A stretch of 64,000 nt of DNA, from positions 128,001 through 192,000 of the forward strand of contig CAWCBP010000001.1 in assembly GCA_963793865.1 (NCBI GenBank), in the 5' to 3' direction. Positions within the stretch are counted from its first letter, which is position 1, and each line of letters opens with the position of its first letter. A program made the position numbers and the translations under genes. Origin of the DNA: an uncultured delta proteobacterium. Its GTDB lineage: Bacteria; Desulfobacterota; WTBG01. The notes below the pieces were generated by a model. It was given only the letters and a program-made list of their open reading frames with translations. It was not told the origin of the DNA and did not search any database. Positions 21,416 through 32,558 of the stretch are shown in pieces.

Positions 21416-22666
21416 TTATTGTATCTCTTCCCGGAGCACCGGTATAATCGCGTCAAGAATTTCTCGCATCTCTCTTTTGAACGCCTTGTTTGCAGCCATC
21501 GCTTTTACCAATGCCGGACTCATCTGGTAGTACAGCTTAATGAATTCCTGCCCTGCTGCAGTCTTGTTCAGCACTTCATCCCTCAATTTCCTTATCAGTG
21601 CCGTCTCTTCCGCGTTCACTCCATAGACTTCTTCCGAGGGGCACGATGCCGGTTCGGATGTGGTGGTGGTAGGCGCAGCGTCGGAAGATTTTCCTGCAAC
21701 CCAAATCGGTATGCCTGAAACGATCTGCATATCAATGACCCTTAAATCCGGAAAGAGCGGTACCGGATCAAAGTGCAGGTAGGCGTCGTAGGTGCCGTCC
21801 AAGACCCCCTGGCTGCACTCGGTAAGATCATCAGTGGTAAACTTCTGGGTTATGCTCCGGGCATTTTTAAAATAATCTTCTGAAAGTCTCGAGGAAAGCT
21901 GTCCCACGCAGAAGTCCGCGCCGGTGTCCGCAAGCACGTCTTCAAAGGTTTGGTAGGGAGCTGTGTTCTTGACGTGGATGTACCACGGGGTGCCGAAAGC
22001 TGTACAGGTAAAACGCGCGAGTTTCCGGCGTCTTTGCTCTACCCCATCGACACTGGCTGTTGCCCCCAGCGCCCCGAGAAAATCGGTAATGTCGAAATCC
22101 CCGTTGTTCAATCCGGTAAAAACCAGGCTGCTGCTGGGTACGGCTATGTAGACGGGTACGATCTGTATGGCACCCGGGTCCGGGTGGGAAGGGATGCCGT
22201 ATCCCTTGCCCAGCTCGTCGATAATCGCCCGCATCAGGTCCGCGTTGACCTTATCAAAGACATGAAATGTCCCGGGCGTGGTGACCACATTGAAGGTTCC
22301 CATCCTGATCTCTTTTTTGCTCAGGATGTCCGCAAGCAGACCGGTCGGATTTTGCGGAAAAGGATAAATCTCGTCTCCGTCGTCCTGTATCCGGGGGTAG
22401 CAGTCCGCGATATTGACAATGAGCGGGCCGGCAACCGGATCGCTGTTAATGATCTCCCGCCACCTGCCGCTGTCGATCACCCGGGCTATGGCCGCGTCGA
22501 GGGCGTCCACCAGCTGATCCTTTCCCTGACCGGGATATGCTTCCTCGGCAGCGAGAGAGGCCGTTGGTGTGACGGCCGCACCACAGCAGATGACCAATGC
22601 AGCAACGATTGAAAGCAGAGAATGGTACACGTACTGTTTCATGGCCTCTCCTTTCCCTTGGCTCAA
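21416..22666 (-). CDS. Secreted substrate-binding-protein-like domain, Thr-rich linker and CFI-box-CTERM-like C-terminal tail
   Basis: Signal peptide (probable start MKQYVY); GDFDI and family-3-SBP-like segments; PTTTTS linker; tail CP.EEVYG...IRKLRDEVL....AG.EFI.LYYQMSP. Confidence 0.6.
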   Translation of the reverse strand: MSQGKGEAMKQYVYHSLLSIVAALVICCGAAVTPTASLAAEEAYPGQGKDQLVDALDAAIARVIDSGRWREIINSDPVAGPLIVNIADCYPRIQDDGDEIYPFPQNPTGLLADILSKKEIRMGTFNVVTTPGTFHVFDKVNADLMRAIIDELGKGYGIPSHPDPGAIQIVPVYIAVPSSSLVFTGLNNGDFDITDFLGALGATASVDGVEQRRRKLARFTCTAFGTPWYIHVKNTAPYQTFEDVLADTGADFCVGQLSSRLSEDYFKNARSITQKFTTDDLTECSQGVLDGTYDAYLHFDPVPLFPDLRVIDMQIVSGIPIWVAGKSSDAAPTTTTSEPASCPSEEVYGVNAEETALIRKLRDEVLNKTAAGQEFIKLYYQMSPALVKAMAANKAFKREMREILDAIIPVLREEIQ

Positions 22667-22693
22667 TTCCAGCCCAATATATTTGAAGTTGTG

Positions 22694-22743
22694 GTAGGAG
22701 CGCCTTCAGGCGCGATACATTCGCGGCTTAAAGCCGCTCCTAC
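22694..22743. repeat. Inverted GTAG-REP doublet
   Basis: GTAGGAGCGCCTTCAGGCGCGA...TCGCGGCTTAAAGCCGCTCCTAC. Confidence 0.75.
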
Positions 22744-22920
22744 CGGCTGTCGCTCATTCTGGCATGTACTGCAATTTCAGAAGTGCCCCTGTAGGGACCA
22801 AAAGCTGTTTTGTAAAATAAGTATATACTGCGCTTTTTGTTTTCACAAGGGCTATCATTTGAAAGCCGCATCATAAGCATTTCATTGACACTGCCTCAAG
22901 AAAATAAATGTTTTTACATT

Positions 22921-22948
22921 GTAGGGGCGACCGGCCGGTCGCCCCTGC
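22921..22948. repeat. GTAG-type REP palindrome
   Basis: Identical to the 18475 copy. Confidence 0.8.
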
Positions 22949-23063
22949 TGATTTTCTTGTTTATTTTTAATAATCTACCGGGCAAGCAGTAATCATCATG
23001 TTTATGGTTTGTGACCCTGCACAAAGAAATATGTTCGGGGATATATAAGGTTGAAGCAGTTGG

Positions 23064-23756
23064 TTATAGGAAACATGGAAGATGTTTATTTATTTCAATT
23101 TTTTCAAGATCGATTGTTACGTCATACACCATTATTTCCACTCCCGTGCGATGGGCGCGGCGGAGTGCCCTGCCGTATGCCGGGTCAATGTGGTCCGCCG
23201 GCCTGAACTCCCCGGCGTCCATGCGCTGCACCAGGTAGAACATCACGCACCGGTTCCCCGCTTTTACCTGCGTCTCAAGTTCGTGAAGGTGTTTGAGCCC
23301 GCGTTCGCTAACCGCATCGGGAAAGTATGCCACCCTGTCAGCAACCAGGGTGCAGTTTTTGATCTCCACATAGCATCGTTCTCGTCCGTTTTCCAACAGC
23401 AGGTCTACGCGGGAATTGACGCCGTAACGCACTTCGCTGCGCAGGGTGGGATAGCCGGAAAGCTGCGGAAGGCGTCCTGCCAAAACGGATTCTTTAACCA
23501 GGCGGTTCGGCACCATGGTGTTGACGCCGACCAGGGTGGTGCCCATCCGGGTCATTTCAATGGTATAGGGGAGCTTGCGAACGGGGTTGTGGCTGCGTGA
23601 AAGGTAGACCGTGCATCCCGGCTCGCAGCAGCCGGTCATGCTGCCGGTATTGGGGCAATGGGCTGTGACCTGGTGTTGGTTCCTAAGCCGGACATCAAAC
23701 AGAAAACGCTTGTAGCGTTTTATCAGCACCCCCTTGATGAGCTTTGGCCATTGCAT
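23064..23756 (-). CDS. sfsA: DNA/RNA nuclease SfsA
   Basis: RYKRFL, AHCPNTGSM, SRVDLLL, YVEIKNCTL, FPDAVSERG.KHL.EL. Confidence 0.95.
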   Translation of the reverse strand: MQWPKLIKGVLIKRYKRFLFDVRLRNQHQVTAHCPNTGSMTGCCEPGCTVYLSRSHNPVRKLPYTIEMTRMGTTLVGVNTMVPNRLVKESVLAGRLPQLSGYPTLRSEVRYGVNSRVDLLLENGRERCYVEIKNCTLVADRVAYFPDAVSERGLKHLHELETQVKAGNRCVMFYLVQRMDAGEFRPADHIDPAYGRALRRAHRTGVEIMVYDVTIDLEKIEINKHLPCFL

Positions 23757-23775
23757 CTGCTTTTACGCTTTCTTA

Positions 23776-23900
23776 CAGGCTGTTGAAAAACACCCATCTG
23801 CTGCGTTACGTTCATCCTTCGTCATTGCGGCGTACCGAAACGTACGCCTCATTCCTCAGAATTTCACGTGCCTTGCATCTGGATGTTTTTGAACAGCCTG
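23776..23900. mobile_element. 125-bp MITE-like element with 17-bp terminal inverted repeats
   Basis: CAGGCTGTTGAAAAACA ... TGTTTTTGAACAGCCTG (1 mismatch); no transposase inside. Confidence 0.7.
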
Positions 23901-23924
23901 CGAACTTACTTTTTTAACAACCCG

Positions 23925-25274
23925 CTAATGTCTGACCGGTTCTCCGTCAAGATCATACTCGGAGGCACCGGTAATAGTTGCTTCAACCATCGCCCCGGGG
24001 GATGCTTTCCCCCCGGTGAGGTAAACAATGCCGTCAATATCCGGGGCCTGGAAGAACGTCCGGCCGGTGGCCATCCCCTGTTTGCGATCGATGCCTTCAA
24101 CCATGACGGTTTGGCGTGAGCCGATGAGCGCCTGGTTCTTCTTAAGCGAAATGCGGGACTGGGCGGACATTACCCGGTGGTATCGCTCCTCGACAACGGC
24201 GGCCGGAACTTTTCCTCCCATGCTGTAGGCCCTGGTTCCTTCTTCATCGGAATAGCGGAACGCTCCCAGGTGTTCGAATTCCGCCTCCCTGATAAAATCC
24301 AGAAGAAGATCGAAATCCTTTTCCGTTTCTCCCGGGAAACCCACCATGACGGTGGTGCGCAGCCGGAGGCCGGGAATGGATCTTCTCATTTCGTGCAGGA
24401 GTTTTCTGATGCCCGCGCTCTTCTTTCTCCTGCCCATCTTCTTCAGAATAGCGTCGCTTATGTGCTGGAGGGGAAGGTCGATGTAGCTGCACACCTTTTC
24501 CTCGTCCCGCACGGCCTCAATCAGCTCTTTTGAAAAGTAATCAGGGTGGCAGTAGAGCAGCCTGATCCAGGCCAGGCCTTCTATCCGGCACAGCCTTCGG
24601 AGCAAGGAGGCCAGGTCTGCGCCGGTGCCGCCCCCGTAAAAGGTCGTGTCCTGGGCGATGAGATTGATTTCCTTCACCCCCTGGGCGGCCAGCAATTTTG
24701 CCTCACTGGCAATTGATTGCGGACTCCTGCTCCGGTAGGGACCCTTGATGGCGGGGATGGTGCAGAACGCGCACCGGTGGGAGCAGCCTTCTGCTATCTT
24801 CAGATACGCAGTGTGGGAAGGGGTGGCGCGCAGGCGCGGTGCGGACCGGACGGGGGGCGAGGTGCGCGGCAGCGGCCGGGAGAAAGCGCACCGGCTGTCC
24901 GGTGCTGTACGCTCGCGCAGCAGGTGCGCAATGCGGGGCAGGTCGGACGGGCCGATCAGCAGGTCCACCCCGCGCAGATCGGGACGGTCGGTGAAAAATG
25001 ATGTGCCATAGCGCTGGGGGAGACAGCCGGCAACGGCAAGCGTCCTGCAGCTGCCTTTCTCCTTGAGCCGCAGCAGTGAACTGATGGTGTCCGTCGCCTC
25101 CTGAACGGCGGCCTTTATAAATGCGCAGGTGTTGACAATGATGATCGCCGCTTCTTCCCTGCGGGCGGTAAAAGTAAACCCGCCCTCCCGCAGGTATCCC
25201 GCGATGCTCTCGCTGTCCACCAGATTTTTAGGGCAGCCCAGGCTTTCTAAGTAGACCTTTTCCTTCAACGCCAC
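23925..25274 (-). CDS. rimO: Ribosomal protein S12 methylthiotransferase
   Basis: SLGCPKNLVDSE, NTCAFI, YLKIAEGCSHRCAFCTIP, C-terminal TRAM with APDIDG. Confidence 0.95.
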   Translation of the reverse strand: MALKEKVYLESLGCPKNLVDSESIAGYLREGGFTFTARREEAAIIIVNTCAFIKAAVQEATDTISSLLRLKEKGSCRTLAVAGCLPQRYGTSFFTDRPDLRGVDLLIGPSDLPRIAHLLRERTAPDSRCAFSRPLPRTSPPVRSAPRLRATPSHTAYLKIAEGCSHRCAFCTIPAIKGPYRSRSPQSIASEAKLLAAQGVKEINLIAQDTTFYGGGTGADLASLLRRLCRIEGLAWIRLLYCHPDYFSKELIEAVRDEEKVCSYIDLPLQHISDAILKKMGRRKKSAGIRKLLHEMRRSIPGLRLRTTVMVGFPGETEKDFDLLLDFIREAEFEHLGAFRYSDEEGTRAYSMGGKVPAAVVEERYHRVMSAQSRISLKKNQALIGSRQTVMVEGIDRKQGMATGRTFFQAPDIDGIVYLTGGKASPGAMVEATITGASEYDLDGEPVRH

Positions 25275-26236
25275 GACGCCTTCCTGGTAAAATCGGGGAC
25301 AAAGGTGTCTTCAAGTTCCTCGGGGTACTGGCACCAGCCGTTCTCAAATCCGTGATGCTCGAGGAGGTCGGCGGCACGCCGGTATTCTTCGGAGGTGAGC
25401 TTTCTGTTTATCTTCTCACAGGTGTGCGCCCGGTAGGCGGGGAAGTATTGCCCCATGAGGCTCAGGTGTACTTCAGTTCCCAGTTCCTCCCTGATCATCC
25501 GCAGCACTGCCCCGGTGCCGGCGAGGTCCGAAGGGAGCACCAGGTGTCGAATGATGAGACCGCGCCGGGCAACGCCGTCATCATCGATTGCAAGCGGCCC
25601 GACCTGCCGGTACATCTCCTTCAGCGCGGCACGGTTAAAGCGGGTGTACTGCTGCGCCCCGGAAAGCTCGCGGGCGCTTTCGTCGTCTCCATACTTGGCG
25701 TCCGGCAGATAGATGTCGATGATCCCCTCCAGCAGCCTGAGCACCTCCGGCCTCTCGTAACCGTTGCTGTTATACACCAGCGGCAGCGAGAGGCCTCCGG
25801 CCGCGGCTTTTTTAAGCGCTCTTACAACCATGGGCAGAAAGTGGGCGGCGGAGACAAGATTGATGTTATGGCATCCCTGTGCCTGGAGCGAGAGCATGGC
25901 ATCAGCCAGGGTATCATCATCCGCCGGGGTTCCCAGCAGCTCCTGGCTGATCTGGTAATTCTGGCAGAACAGGCAGGTGAGGCTGCAATGGGCGAAAAAA
26001 ACGGTGCCTGATCCGCCGGTGCCGGTCAGGACCGGCTCTTCGCCGAAGTGGGGCAGTGCCTTGCTCACCACCGCTTCAGCGCCGGCCCGGCAGAAACCCT
26101 TCTCGCCCCGGAGACGGTTTACCCCGCAGGACCGGGGGCAGAGGGCGCAGCCGGCTGCGATGGCTTCCAGCGCGCCTATTCGCTCATCCAGCGCGCCGCT
26201 CTCATACAGATCGGTGTAGCGGATTACCCTGTTCAT
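25265..26236 (-). CDS. Radical SAM protein, PflX-like
   Basis: CALCPRSC, HFGEE, GSGTVFF..CSLTCLFCQNYQIS, IDIYLPDAKY, RHLVLP. Confidence 0.9.
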   Translation of the reverse strand: MNRVIRYTDLYESGALDERIGALEAIAAGCALCPRSCGVNRLRGEKGFCRAGAEAVVSKALPHFGEEPVLTGTGGSGTVFFAHCSLTCLFCQNYQISQELLGTPADDDTLADAMLSLQAQGCHNINLVSAAHFLPMVVRALKKAAAGGLSLPLVYNSNGYERPEVLRLLEGIIDIYLPDAKYGDDESARELSGAQQYTRFNRAALKEMYRQVGPLAIDDDGVARRGLIIRHLVLPSDLAGTGAVLRMIREELGTEVHLSLMGQYFPAYRAHTCEKINRKLTSEEYRRAADLLEHHGFENGWCQYPEELEDTFVPDFTRKASWR

Positions 26237-26322
26237 GGTTCGTCGTGCAGTCTATGTGGCAGGTCAGGAAAGTTTCCACTGGCTCATGCCAATTTGTAAT
26301 ACCCGATTGTTCTATGAATAAT

Positions 26323-26498
26323 GAGATTGCTTCGTTTCCCCGGATGGGACTCCTCGCAACGACTCGTTTATTTTGTTCATATAATTTTAAATGACATAAC
26401 TCTGGTAGCATGTCTCGGAATGCAACTTTTTAAAAAATACATTAAATGAAATCCGTCGTTGCGAGGAGCCCCACCTGGGTGGGCGACGAAGCAATCTC
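26323..26498. repeat. Pair of GTC(A/G)TTGCGAG...GAAGCAATCTC-family palindromic repeats
   Basis: Two half-elements in opposite orientation; same family as 42684-42749. Confidence 0.65.
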
Positions 26499-26853
26499 AT
26501 TCCGGTTCATCCGCCGGGTTATCCCCTGGAGACGAATCAGGCGAAGATGGAACTTCGCTTATATCAGTTGCCTCGTCAGCGATCCCCGCGGTTTTTTTAC
26601 CATCGATGATTTTCCGCACCAGCGGCGGCATGGAAATATCCTCGATGTTAAACCGGGACAGCGCGTCTGCCAGCATGTCGATTTTTTCCGAGAGGGTGAG
26701 GCTGGTCTCGATGAGCACCACCTGCTCATCCTTCAGCCGGTACAGTCCCCCGCGGGAGTAGATGCTCAGCTTCCGCAGGTTCTGATAGTTTACCGTGAGG
26801 TTCAGCTTTTCAGCTATTCCTTCCAGGTGCTGTAACAAGGCGGATTCATTCAT
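26497..26853 (-). CDS. Hypothetical protein
   Basis: 118-aa ORF; GGLYRLKD..VVLIE segment and acidic tail. Confidence 0.6.
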   Translation of the reverse strand: MNESALLQHLEGIAEKLNLTVNYQNLRKLSIYSRGGLYRLKDEQVVLIETSLTLSEKIDMLADALSRFNIEDISMPPLVRKIIDGKKTAGIADEATDISEVPSSPDSSPGDNPADEPE

Positions 26854-26907
26854 GGGTTTCCTGCCGCTCCCCCGTGGTGTGACCGGAACAGGCTTCTGCG
26901 CGGTCGG

Positions 26908-28769
26908 TTATGGCTTGGGCGACGGTTCGCCCAGCTTTTCTTCAAAGCTGACTCTGTGCTGTTCGTAGGAGACAGTCAGCGTTTCCAGCTCATCGAACAG
27001 CCGGTCAATGGTTGAGCGGCAGTGATGCATGGACTGGGAAAGCTCGACGATTTTCGCGCCGCTGTTGAGCTGCGACGCCTTTACCATCTGCTGGTTCAGC
27101 TCATTAAGCCGCTTCTCGCCGGCTTCAATGTCCTTCTCGATCTGCTCGATGCGCTGCTTGAGGGGATTGAGAACGCGCGAGCGTTCGGTAATGAGATCCG
27201 AGCGTATGCGCCTGCGCTCCTTCCTGCTGAGCAGATCGGGGGCCTTCTCTTTGCGCGTCTCCTGCCGGTCCGGCCTGCCGGAGTCGACCTCGTCCCACCC
27301 CTCCTTTTCAAGAAAGCGCCGGTAGCTTCCCTCAAAGGGATATACCTGCCCGTCCCGGAAGACGATGAGGCGCTCGGCGAGCGCGTGCAGGAACATCTCG
27401 TTGTGGGTAACCATGATCAACGCCCCGGGAAAGTTATCCAGGGCGGCGAGCAGGGCGTCGCAGGATTCCATGTCCAGATGATTGGTGATCTCGTCAAGCA
27501 GGAGCAGGTTGAGGGGCGTTGCCAGCAGCTTGCCGATCATGACCCGGCTTTTCTCCCCCCGGAAAGCACGCTGATGGTCTTGAGCGCGTACTCGTCATCA
27601 AACATCATTGCCCCGGAGATGTTCCACGCCGTCTGCCGGTCAACGTCACCGTAGGAGGCGGCTATCTCCTCCACCACGGTTCTGCTCTCGACCAGGCTGG
27701 AGATGTTGGTCTGCTCGAAGAAGCCCCTGGCGATGCCGGGGCTGTAGGTAATGGCGCCTCCTGTGGGGGAAAGCGCGCCGGCCAGCAATTTAATGAGCGT
27801 CGTTTTGCCCTTGCCGTTTTTTCCGACCACGCACACCCGGTCATTGGGCCTGACGGTGATGCTGAAATCCCTGATCAGCGGCGCGCCGGCCTCATAGGCA
27901 AAAGAGAGGTCTTTGACGGTTACGGCATATTTTCCCTTGAAAGGTTTGGGGCGAAACGAGAAGTCCAGCGTCTTGAGCTTTTCAAGCTTTTCCTTCCTGC
28001 TCCATTTTTTCCAGCAGCTTGACGCGGGACTGGACGAGATTGGCGAGCCGGGCCTTGGCGCGAAACTTGGTTATGAACTGTTCAATCTCCTGGTTGCGCC
28101 TGTCTTCGTTGAGCCGGGTTTTTTCGTAGATCTCCTCATCCTGGGCGACCTGGGAATAAAACTTTTCCGTGTGCCTTCCATCTTGCGTATCTTTCTGCGA
28201 TGGATGCCCATGATGTGGGTAACAATGGCGTCCATGAAGCTGCGGTCATGGGTGATCAGCATCAGCTCATGGGGCCAGGTGCTGAGGTAGCGCTCAACCC
28301 AGCGCAGCGAAGTGATGTCCAGGTAGTTGGTCGGCTCGTCCAGGAGCAGGAGGTCCGGCTGGGAGAGCAGGGTCTTGGCCAGGTTGAGGCGCACCTGGTG
28401 CCCCCCGGAAAAGGTGCCGGGGTGGCGAAGCATGTCATCCGCTGAAAAGCCGAGCCCGGAAAGGATTTTTTCCACCTTCCAGGTATGATGGCGCTCCCCT
28501 GCCGGGAGCCCTTTTTCACCTTCGGCAAGCACCGTATCCTCGGTAAAGGCCAGGTGCTGGCGGACATAGCCGATGCGGTAGTTCCTGGGAATGGTGACGC
28601 CGCCCCCGTCAGGCTGTTCCTCGTTGACGATAATCCTGAAGAGGGTGGTTTTGCCGTGGCCGTTTCTGCCCACCAGGCCGACCCGCTCGCCGGCGTTGAT
28701 TTTAAAACTCGCCTCTTCAAAGAGTATCTGTTTCCCGAATGCCTTCGAGAGATTTTCCGCACTGATCAT
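26908..28769 (-). CDS. ABC-F family ATPase, split by about three frameshifts
   Basis: [26 protein letters not shown]; second [28 protein letters not shown]-terminal coiled coil. Confidence 0.85.
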
Positions 28770-28995
28770 AACTTAAGATTCCTGGGGCATGATAAGCGCT
28801 TCCCCTTCGCCTTGCGCTGCGGCATTTCAGACACGCGTTGTCTCCCGGGAGTTGCGGTATCAGGCGGTCCGGCGCATCAAACAGGCATACCGGTTACGAA
28901 AGGCTGCTTCAGGTGCAACTGACAGTGGGAAGGCGCTGTGCGCGAAACACAGCCTCCGACAGGAGGGACCGCGCAGTGCCTAAAGGGGTGATGGA

Positions 28996-29979
28996 TCACT
29001 TCTTCAGCATGCGCGCAATTTCATCAACCAGCGGTTTCGAGCCGACGTAGAGAGCGGTGCGCTGGTGAATTTTTTCCGGTGTCCTGTCGAGAATGGGCGT
29101 GCCGGTTTCATCGACCGCGTCTCCGCCGGCCTCGCGGCAGATGAAGGACACGACGGCGGCCTCATACATGAGTCTCAGCTTGCCCTGGGGCCGGTTCTTT
29201 TTGGGATCGGGATGGTTGACGATGGCCGGGTACATGAACATGCCCCCGTTTGAAAGCAGCCGGTGAAAATCGCCCGCCAGCGCTCCCAGGTACCTGAAGG
29301 AGTATTTGTTTTCATTCTCCGCGATCCATTTCTGAACCCCGGGGTCGAAGGTGTAGCGGTTGGCCTCGTTGAACGACAGCTCCCAGCTTTTTTTGTCGCC
29401 GGGGAGGACCATGCGGATCGGTTTCACGAAATTCATGGTTTCGTCGATGTGAAAACGCCAGGCGCCCGCCTCGCGCAGGGCAAGGGTGAATGTCCCGGTG
29501 GGGATGACAAACATGCCGGCGGCGATGTACTCCCTGCCGGCGCGCAGGTGCTCATCTTCGGGGCCTTCGAGGTTGCGCTTGGCGATCCCGAAGAGGAATC
29601 CGACGGGGAGACCGTGGGAAACATTGGCGGAGCCGTCGAGGGGATCGAAATAAAAGAAGTACCGCCCCTTGTCCCGGGTCAGGGGGATGATTTCATCGGA
29701 TTCCTCGCTTACCGCGTGGATGACCCGCTCCGTGGTCTTGAGGTAATGAATGACGATCTGGTGGGCGATCTGATCCATGCGCATGACCTCTTCACCCTGC
29801 ACGTTTATCACCCCCGCCATGCCCAGGTTGCCCTTCAGGGCGCCGGTGAGATAGTAGTGCTGAATGTGCTTGGCCGCGCTCATCACCGCGTCCATGAGAA
29901 TTAAAAAGTGGTAGGTGCGGTTATACTTTTCCTGGTGGTGCAGCAAAAAATTCAGGAAGGTTTGTTCAAACTGTATCAT
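28996..29979 (-). CDS. fbp: Fructose-1,6-bisphosphatase class 1
   Basis: NVQGEEV..MD, SEES, FDPLDGS.N, RYLGALAGDFHR.L..GG.F.YP, GKLRLMYE. Confidence 0.93.
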   Translation of the reverse strand: MIQFEQTFLNFLLHHQEKYNRTYHFLILMDAVMSAAKHIQHYYLTGALKGNLGMAGVINVQGEEVMRMDQIAHQIVIHYLKTTERVIHAVSEESDEIIPLTRDKGRYFFYFDPLDGSANVSHGLPVGFLFGIAKRNLEGPEDEHLRAGREYIAAGMFVIPTGTFTLALREAGAWRFHIDETMNFVKPIRMVLPGDKKSWELSFNEANRYTFDPGVQKWIAENENKYSFRYLGALAGDFHRLLSNGGMFMYPAIVNHPDPKKNRPQGKLRLMYEAAVVSFICREAGGDAVDETGTPILDRTPEKIHQRTALYVGSKPLVDEIARMLKK

Positions 29980-30101
29980 GGCGATCCCCCTTTCTTCTGC
30001 TCAAAAATGCCCCGGCCGTATTCCGGAAACAAAGCCGGCCTGATCATCATCCTTTTAACCATAGAATAAACACGCGCGGCATGTCAATCAAAATGATGGC
30101 C

Positions 30102-30479
30102 TTATTCCTTTACCGCAGCGCCGCCGGAAGGGGAGGGGAGGGTTGCTGCGCGTGCTTCCAGCCATATCCTTATGCCCTCCTGCAGTTTTCGCGCCTCGTG
30201 CTTATAGCGCGCCTGGGGAAAGGCGCGCTCGGCGGACAGGGCCTTGGCCAGCGCCTGTTCCGCCGTCTCGCGGTTCCCGCTCGTCTGGGCCTCCTTGAAC
30301 AAAACATCACCCCATTTTTTTAAAACGAAGCCGTCATCCTGGGGCAGCTTTTCAAGCACCTGCTTGGCCCCGTTCAGATCCCCGCCGTATTCGCGCGGCT
30401 CCACCTCTTTTCTCACAATGGTCATAATGGTTTCCCATTCCACCAGCCTTTTTTTTCTCACGTAGTTCATGCGGTCCAT
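30102..30479 (-). CDS. Hypothetical helical protein
   Basis: ORF with AGGA RBS before MDRMNY; no motif recognised. Confidence 0.4.
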   Translation of the reverse strand: MDRMNYVRKKRLVEWETIMTIVRKEVEPREYGGDLNGAKQVLEKLPQDDGFVLKKWGDVLFKEAQTSGNRETAEQALAKALSAERAFPQARYKHEARKLQEGIRIWLEARAATLPSPSGGAAVKE

Positions 30480-30814
30480 TGTTTTTTCCTGCAGGTGATG
30501 AAGAGGCAATCCGAAGGGCGACACGGGATCACCCGCCCGCCGCCTCTCTTTTCTTATTATGTAGCACAGTTCGGGGCATTGCACAAGCGCTCTGTGGAAG
30601 GATCCGCCGCCGCTCCGGGGTCAAGTTTCATGGTCGCAATGCCGAAGAGATGAGTGGTGCCTGCACTGCACGAACGGGCGGTAGAATCAGCATGTTCTCC
30701 CGCCGGGGAAGGCCCAGGGGATGAAAATGCGTTTTTTTGGTTTACTTTTTTTCCCCGCTGTGGCACTATGCTCACAAAATCAACTGCGTGCCTGCGCGCG
30801 GACAAGGAGTAAAT

Positions 30815-32425
30815 ATGTTTAAATATGTAATTTTAACAGCATGCTGCTGCGGGGTTTTTCTGCTCGGGTGCGCCCACCGGCCTCCGTCAGACCGCGCCTT
30901 TCCCGGGGAGTCCTCCGACATCGTCTATCGCGGGTCCATTCCCGACGCTCAGCCTGACGCGTCTTCCTCCGCCGGGCCCGGGAAAAAGGAGCGGCAGACA
31001 CGAAGCAGTTCGGGCCAGGACGCGAACCAGCGGCTGGTTGATTCAGCCCTGGAGCTGTACCAGAAATCGCAGGAGTTCTGGGACCGGGGAGACCTGGAGA
31101 GCGCCATCAATGCCCTCGATGCGTCGTACGCGCTCATCGTCAGGGTGGACCAGGATGTTGACGAAAGCATACTGCAGCAAAAAGAGGATTTGCGCTATAC
31201 CATTGCCAAGCGGATCATGGAGGTCTATGCGTCGCGGCTGAGCACCGCTCAGGGAACGCAGGATGCAATCCCCATGGTGATGAATAAACATGTGGAGGCG
31301 GAAATAGCCTCGTTCAGGGGAAGGGAGCGTAACTTTTTCATCAACTCCTATGTGCGGTCGGGGAGATACCGCGCCGACATTCTCAAAGCGCTGCGGGAGG
31401 AAGGGATGCCCGAGGAGCTTGCATGGCTTCCCCTGATTGAAAGCGGTTTCCAGACGAACGCCCTGTCATCGGCGCGCGCCCTCGGCCTCTGGCAGTTCAT
31501 TGCCTCGACCGGCTATAAATTCGGCCTGGAACGGAACGAGTGGGTGGACGATCGCATGGATCCGCAGCAGTCAACGCGGGCGGCGATTGCCTACCTGAAG
31601 GAGCTGCACGGCATTTTCGGGGACTGGACCACCGCCCTCGCGGCCTACAACTGCGGGGAGGGCACCGTGCTCAGAATTATCAGGTCGCAGAAGATCGGAT
31701 ATCTTGATAATTTCTGGGACCTGTATGACCGGCTGCCCAGGGAAACCGCCTCCTACGTGCCCCGCTTCATTGCGGTGGTCACCATCATGAAAGACCCGGA
31801 GTGCTTCGGCTTCAAATTCCCTCCGCCGGACAAGCCTCTTCAGTGCGAGGAGGTGATCACCAGCCGGCAGATGCATCTGAAGGAAATAGCCTCAGGCCTC
31901 GATATTTCTCTCTCCGACTTAAAGGATTTAAATCCCGCCCTGAGGAAAGAAGTAACGCCTGACGGATCATATGCCCTCAAGGTGCCGGCGGGCAAATTAC
32001 CGGTGCTGAAGGCAAGCCTGGAGGCAATCCCGGCATGGAAGCCGCCCGCGCCCGCTCCGAAGGTCGCGGCCGCTGCCCCTGCGCATCACACCGTGCGGGC
32101 GGGGGAGACGCTGTCAAGCATAGCCAACCGGTACGGCACCTCAGTGCAGACCATCAAAGCGCTCAACGGGCTCAAGAAAAGCAGCATCATTCAAAAGGGA
32201 TGGAGGCTCAAACTGCCCGCGGGCACAAAGTCCGCTGCCGCAGGCCGGGTTGCCAGGGATAAGCAGGCGAAGTCGGAGTATGTGGTGAAACGAGGGGATA
32301 CGCTCTGGAAAATTGCCAACAGGTTCGGCACCTCGGCCAGAGAACTTCAGATGCTCAACCAGCTGCGAGGCACCGCTCTTTCTGTGGGACAGGTGCTCAT
32401 GGTGCCTCAGAGAATGGGCTCCTAG
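30815..32425 (+). CDS. mltD: Membrane-bound lytic murein transglycosylase D-like lipoprotein (SLT + LysM domains)
   Basis: Lipobox LLGC; LPLIESGF, GLWQF, ALAAYNCGEG, LPRET..YVP; two C-terminal LysM repeats. Confidence 0.9.
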   Translation: MFKYVILTACCCGVFLLGCAHRPPSDRAFPGESSDIVYRGSIPDAQPDASSSAGPGKKERQTRSSSGQDANQRLVDSALELYQKSQEFWDRGDLESAINALDASYALIVRVDQDVDESILQQKEDLRYTIAKRIMEVYASRLSTAQGTQDAIPMVMNKHVEAEIASFRGRERNFFINSYVRSGRYRADILKALREEGMPEELAWLPLIESGFQTNALSSARALGLWQFIASTGYKFGLERNEWVDDRMDPQQSTRAAIAYLKELHGIFGDWTTALAAYNCGEGTVLRIIRSQKIGYLDNFWDLYDRLPRETASYVPRFIAVVTIMKDPECFGFKFPPPDKPLQCEEVITSRQMHLKEIASGLDISLSDLKDLNPALRKEVTPDGSYALKVPAGKLPVLKASLEAIPAWKPPAPAPKVAAAAPAHHTVRAGETLSSIANRYGTSVQTIKALNGLKKSSIIQKGWRLKLPAGTKSAAAGRVARDKQAKSEYVVKRGDTLWKIANRFGTSARELQMLNQLRGTALSVGQVLMVPQRMGS

Positions 32426-32558
32426 CCCCGTTTCTTCTTCCCCGTCACCGGGTCAGCTTCCTTTCCGTTTTCAGCCGGTATCATCATCCGCGGGTCGAAA
32501 TAAATGTGCGCGTCGCAATCTGGCTGTAGCCGGATTGCGACGCGCCGCATAGAAGATG

